Positions 21,117 to 30,207 of a stretch of DNA of 64,000 nt are shown piece after piece (the stretch's first letter is position 1; each line of letters opens with the position of its first letter). A program made the translations under genes and the position numbers. The notes under the pieces are model-generated. The model did no database searches. It saw only the letters and a program-made list of their open reading frames with translations, and was not told the DNA's origin. The stretch is taken from the IMG/VR virus record IMGVR_UViG_3300042446_001529, positions 34,645 through 98,644 of that record. One strand, 5' to 3'. Origin of the DNA: a virus. Its lineage: Duplodnaviria; Caudoviricetes.

Positions 21117-21784
21117 ATAAAATAAATTTTACATACAACAACATACGTGAAGAATTAAAACAATGTTTCTTAGAAAAACCATTTAGTTGTACTTATGGGT
21201 GGATTATTAATTGGATTAATTTAGAAATTTCTAAATTGCCGCAAGGATCTTTGATTTTAGAAATGGGTACGTTTGTTGGAGGATCTACTTGTTTATTAGC
21301 GAAAGATAATCAACACGTGATTATACATACAATTGATTTAAATAAATTCGAAGAAAATAACCATATGTTAGAATCAATGAGGAGTTCACATAATCTACCT
21401 CTACTAACATCCTTAGATTTATTAGAAATTCAAAAAATGCATATTGAAGATTTTCCAAATATTATACCTCATACAGGAGATAGTAAATCTTTAGATCTTA
21501 AAGATCTTTCAGTGGTGTTTATTGATGCTGGACACAGTGAAGATGAGGTTACTGCAGATTTAAACTATGCATGGGATCGATTATTAGACGGCGGCTGCAT
21601 ATTTGGCGACGATATTAATTCTCCTATGGTTTATAATGCTTTTACAAAATTTGCAAGAACAAAAGATGTAGAATTAACCTTATACAGTAAATGTGCTAGG
21701 ATTCGAAAAACTGATAAAATAAGTCCAGATATTAGATTTTTTGATTTTGAACTTTCTAGTGATATATTAATTGCAAAATTTTAA
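21113..21784 (+). CDS. Class I SAM-dependent methyltransferase (Methyltransf_24-like)
   Basis: LEMGTFVGGST, VFIDAGHS, GGCIFGDD. Confidence 0.8.
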   Translation: MNKINFTYNNIREELKQCFLEKPFSCTYGWIINWINLEISKLPQGSLILEMGTFVGGSTCLLAKDNQHVIIHTIDLNKFEENNHMLESMRSSHNLPLLTSLDLLEIQKMHIEDFPNIIPHTGDSKSLDLKDLSVVFIDAGHSEDEVTADLNYAWDRLLDGGCIFGDDINSPMVYNAFTKFARTKDVELTLYSKCARIRKTDKISPDIRFFDFELSSDILIAKF

Positions 21785-23826
21785 TGAAAAAAAATATTCC
21801 AATAGTCAAAGCAACACTACACAAACCTGTAGATTTAGATGATAAACATTTAAAAATAATGGAAGCTATACTTCCTTATGCTAGATCTACACCTCAGAAA
21901 AATCTCACAGAAGTAGTTATTAATAATGTTACTAGAAAATCTAAAGTAAGATTTTTCTTATTGCCTGAATGGGCCATTAATTTTCCACCTTACAATCTAG
22001 CAAGATTGATATCGGTTGCCAAAGAAGCAGGATACAGTGCTGACGGAGTTGATTTAAACATCAAAGCATACAAAGATAAATCTAATTGGGATATCGACTT
22101 TAATCCTTGGCACGGCAGCAAAGAGTGGAGATGGATGGGAGAGTCATATCATCAGCACCTGCACAAATATATGCAGCCATTGATGGAAAAATATATAAAA
22201 CAAATTGAAACAGACAGGGTGGATATTGTTGGATTCAGTTTATATTACTGCAATCAAGAACCAACGGATTGGATGGCATCTGAAATTAAACGAAGATATC
22301 CGCATGTTAAAATTATGGTAGGCGGCCCGCAGTGCCACGCATTTCCTCCTGGACCAGATAAACCGTATTATGATTATGTTGTATCTGGAGAAGGCGAAGA
22401 AATGCTGCTTAAAGTTTTAGATGAAATAGAGACAGATAACGCATCGTCTTTACAGGTAACTATAGCACAACAAGAAGGACAGAGATTAGATCTAGATCGA
22501 TTACCTTGGGCAGATTACAGTCATTTTGAGTTGTCAGAATATCAAATGCCCAACGGAGTTAACGCTGAATTTAGTAGAGGATGTACTGCCAAGTGTGTGT
22601 TTTGCAGTGAAACACATTTTTGGAAATACAGAGGACGATCGGCTAAAAACACCTTAAATGAAATTGTTCATTTGTACAACAACTACGGAATAGATTTTGT
22701 TTGGTTCCTTGACAGCCTAGTGAATGGTAACATAAATGAATTAAGAGCATTTTGTAAAGGAGTCATTGCCAGCGGAATTAAAATTAATTGGACTGGATAT
22801 GCTCGTTGTAATGAAAAGATGGACTTTAAATATTATCAAGACCTTGCAGGATCTGGATGTAAGATGTTGAGTTACGGAATAGAATCTGGGTCTAACAAAG
22901 TTCTTAAAGACATGGATAAACGTGTTACTGTTGATGAAATAGAACAAAACCTGTATCACGGGTCATTGGTCGGAGTAGAAGCTCATACTAATTGGATCAT
23001 AGGATTTCCTACAGAAGAGATGCAACACTTTTACGAGTCTTTGAATCTAATATGGCGTAATCGTTCTTACATAGAAGTAATTGCGTGTGGACACGGATTC
23101 ACAGAGCCGCCCGATACAATTTTATCTCAAAACTCTGAAAAATACGGAATGATAAAAGCCTATTATATGAATAATTGGATCACACATGATTTTAGAAATT
23201 CAAAAGTTCATCGAGCAATAAGATTAGTTACATTTAATATCTTTTTAGAACATACTCCAAAAGCTGGATTGGTTAATAAACTAACAGGCGGTAATTTTGC
23301 TAATTTTAGCACAGACAAATATCACAAAATTAAATTTCACAAGAATAGGGTATTAAACTCTATAGAATATGAAAATTTTGATTTTAATATAATTAACCCT
23401 AATATTAATCCGTTGGCCGATAGCGTAGTAAATGAAATATGGCCTTTGTTACGATTGCTATGGAGAGCACGTGGAGGATACGAAATTGACGTAGCAATTA
23501 CTCCAGACGATATTAATAACGAGTTTGGAACTAGACTAGGGTGTAATTTAACAGCCATTTACAATTTTAAAATAACAGCCTCAGGAGAATGGTTGGCCGA
23601 TTTTAAATTTAATTTTAAACAAGATACCGATGCTTGGAAATATCAGGATTATTCTAGAGAAACTTCTATGTCGGCTAAACGTGCTAGAACATTAGCAGTG
23701 CCAGGGAGTAATGGTGAAAGTGATTGGACTACAGCAAAGTATGACGTGCATTTAAAACTAATTGAAGAATTAAAAGACACAGATTTCAGTTTTAATTACC
23801 ACTACCAAGATTCTGGTAAATGGTAA
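21784..23826 (+). CDS. B12-binding radical SAM enzyme (class B methyltransferase-like)
   Basis: N-term cobalamin-binding-type VGFS..VGGP..GEGE; SRGCTAKCVFC; GIESGS; IIGFPTE. Confidence 0.85.
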   Translation: MKKNIPIVKATLHKPVDLDDKHLKIMEAILPYARSTPQKNLTEVVINNVTRKSKVRFFLLPEWAINFPPYNLARLISVAKEAGYSADGVDLNIKAYKDKSNWDIDFNPWHGSKEWRWMGESYHQHLHKYMQPLMEKYIKQIETDRVDIVGFSLYYCNQEPTDWMASEIKRRYPHVKIMVGGPQCHAFPPGPDKPYYDYVVSGEGEEMLLKVLDEIETDNASSLQVTIAQQEGQRLDLDRLPWADYSHFELSEYQMPNGVNAEFSRGCTAKCVFCSETHFWKYRGRSAKNTLNEIVHLYNNYGIDFVWFLDSLVNGNINELRAFCKGVIASGIKINWTGYARCNEKMDFKYYQDLAGSGCKMLSYGIESGSNKVLKDMDKRVTVDEIEQNLYHGSLVGVEAHTNWIIGFPTEEMQHFYESLNLIWRNRSYIEVIACGHGFTEPPDTILSQNSEKYGMIKAYYMNNWITHDFRNSKVHRAIRLVTFNIFLEHTPKAGLVNKLTGGNFANFSTDKYHKIKFHKNRVLNSIEYENFDFNIINPNINPLADSVVNEIWPLLRLLWRARGGYEIDVAITPDDINNEFGTRLGCNLTAIYNFKITASGEWLADFKFNFKQDTDAWKYQDYSRETSMSAKRARTLAVPGSNGESDWTTAKYDVHLKLIEELKDTDFSFNYHYQDSGKW

Positions 23827-24132
23827 TTAAAATAGTTTGTTTGTTTCGCTAGCAATATCGTTTTTCAAACGAGATATATCAACTTTAAAATCGATCTTTT
23901 TGATTTCATCCTTGTATTCTTGGAGTGTGTTAAGCAATACGTCAGCAATGCTTTCGGAAGTTTGTTTGGTCAATTCGCTTTTCACATCGATTTCCCATAC
24001 TCTGCCATCTATAAAATCCAGTCGTACTGAATCCAGATACGCCACAGGCATGGTATTCATATAAAGATCTTCAAAAACCTCCGGCCATTCTTTCACAAGA
24101 TGGCGTGGAGGTTTGAACAAAGGATTAGGCAT
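23827..24132 (-). CDS. Hypothetical protein
   Basis: Likely start MPNPLF overlapping upstream stop; abuts convergent gene. Confidence 0.65.
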   Translation of the reverse strand: MPNPLFKPPRHLVKEWPEVFEDLYMNTMPVAYLDSVRLDFIDGRVWEIDVKSELTKQTSESIADVLLNTLQEYKDEIKKIDFKVDISRLKNDIASETNKLF

Positions 24133-24766
24133 CAGCAGTTTCTTCTGCCTTTTTAACCTTCTTGACTGTGGGATCAAGATCTTCTGCTTCTTTACGTAAT
24201 CTTGCTGCTTCTTTATACATGGCATCAGCTTGACTGCGATAGCTCTTGGCAATATCTTTATCAGATAATGCTTCGTTTGATGCAGCTTGAGCACGTAATG
24301 GTGCAGGAATGTCTGAATCTACTGCAGGAGCGATATCATTTACTGAAGCTACATCGGCTTTAGCGGACGGAGCACCTGCTACAAATGTGCATAGATCATC
24401 TACGGTGCAGTTCTTCTGTTCTGCTATCAGTGTGTTAAGATTAGCTAACAGCACAGTATCGTTGGTAGTAGGAGTCATCATCACAGCATCAGTGGCTACT
24501 TTTACTAGTCTGTTATCAGCCTGCATGGCCCGCAGCATAGGTCTGCCGTCTGGGAATGGGCGTATGTGCATGATTTCGCCAAACTCAAATGCGTCCTGCG
24601 CTTGATCAGTTTCTATCAAAGTCATAATTGAATCATGATACTGATCTGGCAGTTGCGCTACCGGTAATACTAGAGCCATATTTGACTCTCCTGGCAGAGT
24701 TCTAAACACCACTATGACTTTAGCACCTGTGTTTTGAATTCTGCCTATGTGTTTTAAGCTTCTCAT
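24125..24766 (-). CDS. Hypothetical phage protein
   Basis: 213 aa ORF in tight operon. Confidence 0.7.
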   Translation of the reverse strand: MRSLKHIGRIQNTGAKVIVVFRTLPGESNMALVLPVAQLPDQYHDSIMTLIETDQAQDAFEFGEIMHIRPFPDGRPMLRAMQADNRLVKVATDAVMMTPTTNDTVLLANLNTLIAEQKNCTVDDLCTFVAGAPSAKADVASVNDIAPAVDSDIPAPLRAQAASNEALSDKDIAKSYRSQADAMYKEAARLRKEAEDLDPTVKKVKKAEETADA

Positions 24767-25006
24767 TTAGGCTTCCTTTTTAGATACAGCTTCAAGGAAG
24801 GCATTTAGTTTGTTGAAACTTTTACCAACTGCTTCCAATTCTGCTGCTTTGAACGCTCCTCTACTTGTTGCAACTTCGATGATATTTTTTACGGCTAACA
24901 GATCGCTGATATTTAAATCAGGACCTTGTGCTGCAGGTGCTTCTGTTGCCGCAGGCGCTGCTTGGGCTGGTGTCTCTACGACTTGATCTTTAACTTCTTC
25001 TGACAT
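24767..25006 (-). CDS. Hypothetical protein
   Basis: MSEEVK start with AAGGAG SD. Confidence 0.7.
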   Translation of the reverse strand: MSEEVKDQVVETPAQAAPAATEAPAAQGPDLNISDLLAVKNIIEVATSRGAFKAAELEAVGKSFNKLNAFLEAVSKKEA

Positions 25007-25275
25007 TAGTTTCTCCTTAGATGTGGGCATGCAAGCATGAAATAGGTTAATTCTTTTTGATCTTCAAAACCTACGAAATGCGAAGATCTTAAATTTCCAC
25101 TCTGGTCTAGAGCAGGTTTTTTGCAGATATAATATCTGCCCTTGAGTTTGACTTTGATCCAATCTTCGATGCCTTCAAATATTTCAGATTCTGAAATATT
25201 CAATTCAGTGAAATGTGGGGCCACAGTCTTCAGCTTGCGCTGTTGCAGTACGTCCATTGGATTAAGGTCAAACAT
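25006..25275 (-). CDS. Hypothetical protein
   Basis: ORF just downstream of a TATAAATA motif. Confidence 0.65.
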   Translation of the reverse strand: MFDLNPMDVLQQRKLKTVAPHFTELNISESEIFEGIEDWIKVKLKGRYYICKKPALDQSGNLRSSHFVGFEDQKELTYFMLACPHLRRN

Positions 25276-25283
25276 AGTGAAAA

Positions 25284-25291
25284 TATTTATA
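25284..25291 (-). promoter_or_regulatory. Late promoter TATAAATA
   Basis: Exact consensus 8 nt before ATG 25275. Confidence 0.65.
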
Positions 25292-25299
25292 CAGGGGGA

Positions 25300-25698
25300 T
25301 TATTCGGGGGTGGATTCTTGGCTAAGTCTTTTGCTCATGGCTCTATTGTGCCCTAGCTTTCTAACATCACCACTGAGTAGATATAGTTCAAAAGCAGCTT
25401 TTTCCTTCATTACTATGATGTGTTTTTTATTGACGAAGAAAGGTGAATCGATATAGTTGTCTAACCAAAGCAGTACCTGTGGAGTAAATGCAAATTCTTT
25501 GGGGAATTCTATCTTGTAGGTTTTAATTTTGGCATGTTTCTCAATGAATTCGAGAGCCTGTTCGGTTAGTCTTAAACCGCCTTGATCTTTTTTTCGAAAA
25601 CTCCACCACCATACAGCTTTGTAGTCTTTGATGTTTTTTTCATTAACGGGTAATTCTGCTGCCTGCAAGAACGCCTTAGTGTAGGCATCTTTGTTCAT
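25300..25698 (-). CDS. Hypothetical protein
   Basis: ORF; probable start MNKDAY. Confidence 0.65.
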   Translation of the reverse strand: MNKDAYTKAFLQAAELPVNEKNIKDYKAVWWWSFRKKDQGGLRLTEQALEFIEKHAKIKTYKIEFPKEFAFTPQVLLWLDNYIDSPFFVNKKHIIVMKEKAAFELYLLSGDVRKLGHNRAMSKRLSQESTPE

Positions 25699-25699
25699 G

Positions 25700-25984
25700 T
25701 CATTTAATCTCTTCACCTGCAGTGAGTTTATATACAGCAAAGTCTTTGGTCTTGAATAATCGATTTAATTTTTTTGCCAAATTATGTGCGTGACCTGGAT
25801 TTGAAAAAGAAACTTTTTTATATTTGGGTCCAGGATAACTAGCAATTAAACTACCGCTCTTGAGATTGAAAGGCTGGCCGTTGTAGAACACAGCCCAGAT
25901 AGCTTCTGAATCGAGAATTTGCTCAACCTTGTAGGTTTCTTTGTTAGCATATTCTAAAAGAATTTTAGGTTTGGGTCTACTCAT
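25700..25984 (-). CDS. Hypothetical basic protein
   Basis: ORF downstream of late promoter and hairpin. Confidence 0.7.
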   Translation of the reverse strand: MSRPKPKILLEYANKETYKVEQILDSEAIWAVFYNGQPFNLKSGSLIASYPGPKYKKVSFSNPGHAHNLAKKLNRLFKTKDFAVYKLTAGEEIK

Positions 25985-26019
25985 ATACGTGTTCCTAATT
26001 AACCACGTATATATTTATA
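25983..26019 (-). promoter_or_regulatory. Late promoter TATAAATA (26012-26019) overlapping a 9-bp hairpin that covers the start region
   Basis: ATATACGTG (25983-25991) / CACGTATAT (26004-26012) inverted repeat. Confidence 0.6.
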
Positions 26020-26024
26020 TCTTT

Positions 26025-26273
26025 TTAGAACTTGCCGCCGTCGAATTTTACGTCTATTTGAGTGGTTGATTCTTTGATTGCTGCTAGCATTTGATGTATT
26101 TCGCCCACAGTCTTGCTTAGTTTAGCAGACATGAGTGCTAGTTCTGTGGTCAGATCACGTGCTTCTTGTAAACTAATGCGTATTTCTTTTTGTTGACTGC
26201 GTTCAGCTACTTGAATTCTCTGCAACAGTTTCTGTATAGTGGGCAGTGTATCTGGTAGATTATTTTGCGACAT
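26025..26273 (-). CDS. Hypothetical coiled-coil protein
   Basis: ORF overlapping upstream gene end. Confidence 0.65.
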   Translation of the reverse strand: MSQNNLPDTLPTIQKLLQRIQVAERSQQKEIRISLQEARDLTTELALMSAKLSKTVGEIHQMLAAIKESTTQIDVKFDGGKF

Positions 26274-26736
26274 TAGCCAACACCTGTTTCATTTCTAATT
26301 CTGTTTTGAACGGACCTTTATATGGATATCGTTCCAGCGTGATTTTTTTTGGACAAAAACTTTTGACCCATCCTTTGTCAAATTTTATACAGTAGTAACC
26401 TGCACAGTATAAACTCTTGGAATCGCTGCTCTTAGTGAATAGCGGCAGCTTCTTACGAATATCAAACATGGCATTGTGAGGTTCGGCACTGGTGGCGTAT
26501 CCATGAACCTCATTAGGTAGAGCTGTGTCGGCTTCCTTGACAATTTTTACTGTGAAAAACTTTTTACCAAACTGACGAGTTAGACTGTCTTTGGTTTCGT
26601 AAATTGTTACCCCTGTCTCATTGCTCATAAAAAATCTATTGTCGTCGTCTTTTCTTAGAGTGGCAATCTTTTCACCGTTCTCCTCTACGATCCAAAATTT
26701 ATTTGCTATGATAGGTTTAGCATGTATGTCTGTCAT
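26260..26736 (-). CDS. Hypothetical protein
   Basis: ORF with ATGA coupling. Confidence 0.7.
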   Translation of the reverse strand: MTDIHAKPIIANKFWIVEENGEKIATLRKDDDNRFFMSNETGVTIYETKDSLTRQFGKKFFTVKIVKEADTALPNEVHGYATSAEPHNAMFDIRKKLPLFTKSSDSKSLYCAGYYCIKFDKGWVKSFCPKKITLERYPYKGPFKTELEMKQVLANVAK

Positions 26737-27719
26737 TGTGTATATCTCGCATTAAGTGGTTCTGCATAACTCTGTGCCTGATCAGCAATCTTTTTCAAAT
26801 CCCATAGATTACAGAACTTGATTAATCTTATACCAACTTGACTCACGTTCTTTTGTTCAGCAGTGGCAGTGGCAATAGTGTTTACAATTATCTCTTTGAT
26901 GTCGTCGGGTTGGTGACTTAGATCGATCAGTCGACGATTGCGTTCATAATCTTCTAACACACGATGTTCTTCACCGTTGTGATCAGACCACCTCTGAAGC
27001 ATGAGATTGTTCCACGCATATCCTTTGCTGTTACGATCTTCGAACGCTTCACTAAGACCCACTTTTTTGCTTGTGCCTTTAGTACGCACACCTGGATACG
27101 CCGAGAAGACATTATCACTGGTATCACCACGCATGCATTTTTCAAACAACAACCATTCTGGATTAGGTGCTGCTTTTGGCTCTTGTGTTTTTTTGTCAAT
27201 GATGGGCTTGCCTTTGTCATCAAAAATTCCTTTGTCAGTGATAACATGTTCCATAACACCATTGTATTGTGTGACATTGGGTGCAATCAATTGAACGAAG
27301 TCTGTGTCTGTGCTGATGATCACATGTTTGTCATTTGGATGTGTTTGTATCCAACCAGCAATTAAATCATCTGCTTCTAATTGTGAATTTTGTAAAACAG
27401 TGCAGTTAGTTTTTTCTGCGATAAAGTCTTTGAACGTGTCAAATGCTTCCCAGAAGATTTTGTCTTCTTCTTGTTCTTTTTCTGTGTGTGCGGCACGAGC
27501 ATCTGAACGATTACGCTTGTAAGGAGCATAGTAGTCCTTGCGCCACGATCTACCCTCTAAACAGAAGATAACATGACTACCTTCGAACTGCTGCCATGCT
27601 TTGCGAATACTGTTTAATGTGATGTGAAATGCCATGCCTAGTTTGATATCAGCGTCACCGTTGATAACGTGACGAGCACGAAAGAATGTGTTTGCTGTAT
27701 CAACTAAGATATAATTCAT
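26733..27719 (-). CDS. rnh: 5'-3' exonuclease / T4-type RNase H
   Basis: ILVD, SWRKDYYAPYKRNR, EADDLI, STDTDF, GDTSDN motifs. Confidence 0.9.
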   Translation of the reverse strand: MNYILVDTANTFFRARHVINGDADIKLGMAFHITLNSIRKAWQQFEGSHVIFCLEGRSWRKDYYAPYKRNRSDARAAHTEKEQEEDKIFWEAFDTFKDFIAEKTNCTVLQNSQLEADDLIAGWIQTHPNDKHVIISTDTDFVQLIAPNVTQYNGVMEHVITDKGIFDDKGKPIIDKKTQEPKAAPNPEWLLFEKCMRGDTSDNVFSAYPGVRTKGTSKKVGLSEAFEDRNSKGYAWNNLMLQRWSDHNGEEHRVLEDYERNRRLIDLSHQPDDIKEIIVNTIATATAEQKNVSQVGIRLIKFCNLWDLKKIADQAQSYAEPLNARYTQ

Positions 27720-28159
27720 AGATTATCTTTCTTCACTGTTTTAATATCAATTACGCCTGTGTTTACAGGACCGCCGAAATCGCCATCGACTACTACATTG
27801 GCACACAGTTCACGGAACCAACGATCTATAATTTCTTCGTCTTTGTCTCCGTCCTCACCATATCCCTCTTGCTTTAATTTTAACACAAAAAGGTCGTTCC
27901 AGTCAAGCTCAAAAAAGCCATTACGAACATTATCTTTGTTGACATGTGTTTCGATTACGCCTACCCACGGTTCTTTTTTACGTGTTGCACGTTCTTTTGG
28001 AGATAATTTGGCCTGTGCCTCTGCTTCTGTAGCACGTTCGGCAGCTTCAGTGGCTGCTTTGGCTGTTTCAGAGGCTTGTGCTGCAATGCCTATTGATCGT
28101 TCTGCTTCTGCTCTGATCTTGTCAATACCAAATAATTTTTCAATCCATTTATTCATCAT
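27716..28159 (-). CDS. Hypothetical protein
   Basis: ORF coupled between queE and rnh. Confidence 0.65.
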   Translation of the reverse strand: MMNKWIEKLFGIDKIRAEAERSIGIAAQASETAKAATEAAERATEAEAQAKLSPKERATRKKEPWVGVIETHVNKDNVRNGFFELDWNDLFVLKLKQEGYGEDGDKDEEIIDRWFRELCANVVVDGDFGGPVNTGVIDIKTVKKDNL

Positions 28160-29010
28160 GTTCCCCACTCATTTTTAAATAGCGGCACTTGCAGTCTATC
28201 ACTGTAACGTAGTCCCATCTTCATTGCTAATTCTGCCACCCGGCGATTATTTAGTGTATATACACTTTCAACTCCGCCCACAGGCATGAGATAACAATGT
28301 CCGGTAAATCCTTCTGCACGATATATATCTAAAGTTTCTAAGGCTTCTTCGGCATCTTCTTCTGTGGCTATTACAAATTTAAGATAGGTATAACCAGCTT
28401 CTTGATATTCACAAACAACGTCCGGCTTTATCGCTTCGTGTCTTTCCTCTCCGGAACAGCTGAGCTTGGCACTGACTGAAAATGTAACTTCTCTAGAAGC
28501 GAATGGAGGATTCTGACCCCACTCTTGTAGGAATGTTTTAAATTCTGGAGTGAGTTTTTGAGTGCCGTTGGTTTCAAACGTAATTTCTTTAAGTTTGATC
28601 ATACTAGGATGGTTAAGTAATTCTGGATAAGCACGTTGCCAACCCAACAAAGGCTCACCGCCTGTAATAACTAGATGTTCAGCCTGCCACTGATTAAAAG
28701 GTAAGATTTCCATTATACGCTCAGCGATAGCATCACTAGTAAGCATAGGACTAAGATCCTTAAACCTTGGATCCCAGCTTGCATAGCTATCACAGCCAGT
28801 ACTGACAAGTGGTAGTTCTTCATATGTTTTAAATTTATCTACGATTTGTGCAATAGAATCAACTTCGGTACTTAGTTTATCTTTAGGCATACCAAAGCCC
28901 GCACATTTAAAGTTGCAGCCAAATGTGCGTAAGAAAACAGAAGGCACACCCATATAGCGTCCTTCACCCTGAATGCTGTAAAACAGCTCTGCAATTTTAA
29001 TTTTACTCAT
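28156..29010 (-). CDS. queE: 7-carboxy-7-deazaguanine synthase (radical SAM)
   Basis: ELFYSIQGEG..G.PSVFLRTFGCNFKC, ITGGEPLL, FETNGT, SAKL, RLQV. Confidence 0.9.
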   Translation of the reverse strand: MSKIKIAELFYSIQGEGRYMGVPSVFLRTFGCNFKCAGFGMPKDKLSTEVDSIAQIVDKFKTYEELPLVSTGCDSYASWDPRFKDLSPMLTSDAIAERIMEILPFNQWQAEHLVITGGEPLLGWQRAYPELLNHPSMIKLKEITFETNGTQKLTPEFKTFLQEWGQNPPFASREVTFSVSAKLSCSGEERHEAIKPDVVCEYQEAGYTYLKFVIATEEDAEEALETLDIYRAEGFTGHCYLMPVGGVESVYTLNNRRVAELAMKMGLRYSDRLQVPLFKNEWGT

Positions 29011-29015
29011 AGTTT

Positions 29016-29044
29016 ATTATACACTCTTTTTCTGTAATTGCCAA
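29016..29044 (-). promoter_or_regulatory. Sigma70-type promoter TTGGCA-17-TATAAT, 5 nt before queE ATG
   Basis: -35 at 29039-29044, -10 at 29016-29021, TG extension. Confidence 0.6.
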
Positions 29045-29181
29045 GAGCCATTGCCCTGATCTATCCATTCTAATGTGTCGCCTTCGCCCCAACCTTGCAG
29101 ATCCAACACTTCCTGTGGTATTGGCATAATGAGATCACCGGTATCAGGATCTTCTTCTAATACAACTGTCCAATTTTTCAA
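29017..29181 (-). CDS. Small AbrB/MazE-like protein (54 aa; not in ORF track)
   Basis: TTG start with CAGGAG SD; MKNWTVVLEEDPDTGDLIMPIPQEVLDLQGWGEGDTLEW. Confidence 0.65.
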   Translation of the reverse strand: MKNWTVVLEEDPDTGDLIMPIPQEVLDLQGWGEGDTLEWIDQGNGSWQLQKKSV

Positions 29182-29194
29182 TGTTAACTCCTGA

Positions 29195-29392
29195 TCAAAT
29201 AGTATTGTCGTTCTTATTTTTCCAATCCAAATATCTACGTTTACGACATTCTTCTTTAACGTCAGTTGGAATATCTGGATGCCATTCTGCCATGCCGCAG
29301 TCGTAGACTCGATATTCTGGCATTTCTACTTGAGAAAGAAAGAGAATCCAAAGGACGCAGGCAACAACAAACCCAATGAAATATTTCTTCAT
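29195..29392 (-). CDS. Small membrane-anchored protein
   Basis: N-terminal hydrophobic helix. Confidence 0.6.
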   Translation of the reverse strand: MKKYFIGFVVACVLWILFLSQVEMPEYRVYDCGMAEWHPDIPTDVKEECRKRRYLDWKNKNDNTI

Positions 29393-29595
29393 ACTCTATC
29401 GCTTAACAATATTTTACACAGCATTGCATCGTGTTCGTTATAAAATTTAAATGTCATTTGATCTGTTTCTGGATGGCTGGTATATCGATCGCCTGGAAGG
29501 CCAAAGTGTTCCAACACCATGACACAGGTTTCATTCCACCAAAATCCAGTTTGTTCTTTTTTCCAAGGAACTAAAATTGTTTTTAGATCAGACAC
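29389..29595 (-). CDS. Hypothetical protein
   Basis: ORF with ATGA coupling. Confidence 0.6.
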   Translation of the reverse strand: MSDLKTILVPWKKEQTGFWWNETCVMVLEHFGLPGDRYTSHPETDQMTFKFYNEHDAMLCKILLSDRV

Positions 29596-29605
29596 AATAT
29601 TTCAC

Positions 29606-29983
29606 TCATTTTTTATAATTACCTTTTTCTGGAATGACATGTCTGACACCGCCTGTAGGGTCTTCCATGTCGCCTTTACGTCGGGGAATCAAATGAACAT
29701 GTGGATACGGCACAGTTTGTCCAGCAGCTTCGCCCCAATTAAGGCCAATATTGAATCCATCCCACTCACCTGCTTTGACTTTTTCCTGCCCTACTCTTAG
29801 AGCATCAGCGAAACAATCTTCAATCACTCCCACAGCTGAATATTTAGGCACAAACAACAAGTGACCTTCTGTTACAGGATACTTGTCTTTAAAAACAACC
29901 ACATGAAAGTCATCTTGTAAAACATCGTTCCATGGTGCCTGCCCTGCATCACGTGCATCGTCTAACGAATAATGTAAGTTCAT
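29606..29983 (-). CDS. HIT family nucleotide hydrolase
   Basis: DKYPVTEGHLLFVP; AAGQTV.YPHVHLIPR. Confidence 0.9.
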   Translation of the reverse strand: MNLHYSLDDARDAGQAPWNDVLQDDFHVVVFKDKYPVTEGHLLFVPKYSAVGVIEDCFADALRVGQEKVKAGEWDGFNIGLNWGEAAGQTVPYPHVHLIPRRKGDMEDPTGGVRHVIPEKGNYKK

Positions 29984-30207
29984 CGTTTATACTCCTGTTT
30001 TTCTCTAGGAAGATCATCTTCGCGTACAACAAACTCACGGCCGCCTAGACTGCCTGCAAATGCTTTAGTACGTTCCATGTAAGCTAATCGTAGTTTAAGA
30101 GTTTGAAATGCAACATCTAAAAATACTTTAGGCTTGTAACCTAGAACATGCATGTCAAAATCTTTACCTGCGTCGGTGCAATGAACTTTAATTTTAGAAT
30201 CAATCAT
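29980..30207 (-). CDS. Hypothetical protein
   Basis: ORF with ATGA overlaps on both sides. Confidence 0.6.
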   Translation of the reverse strand: MIDSKIKVHCTDAGKDFDMHVLGYKPKVFLDVAFQTLKLRLAYMERTKAFAGSLGGREFVVREDDLPREKQEYKR

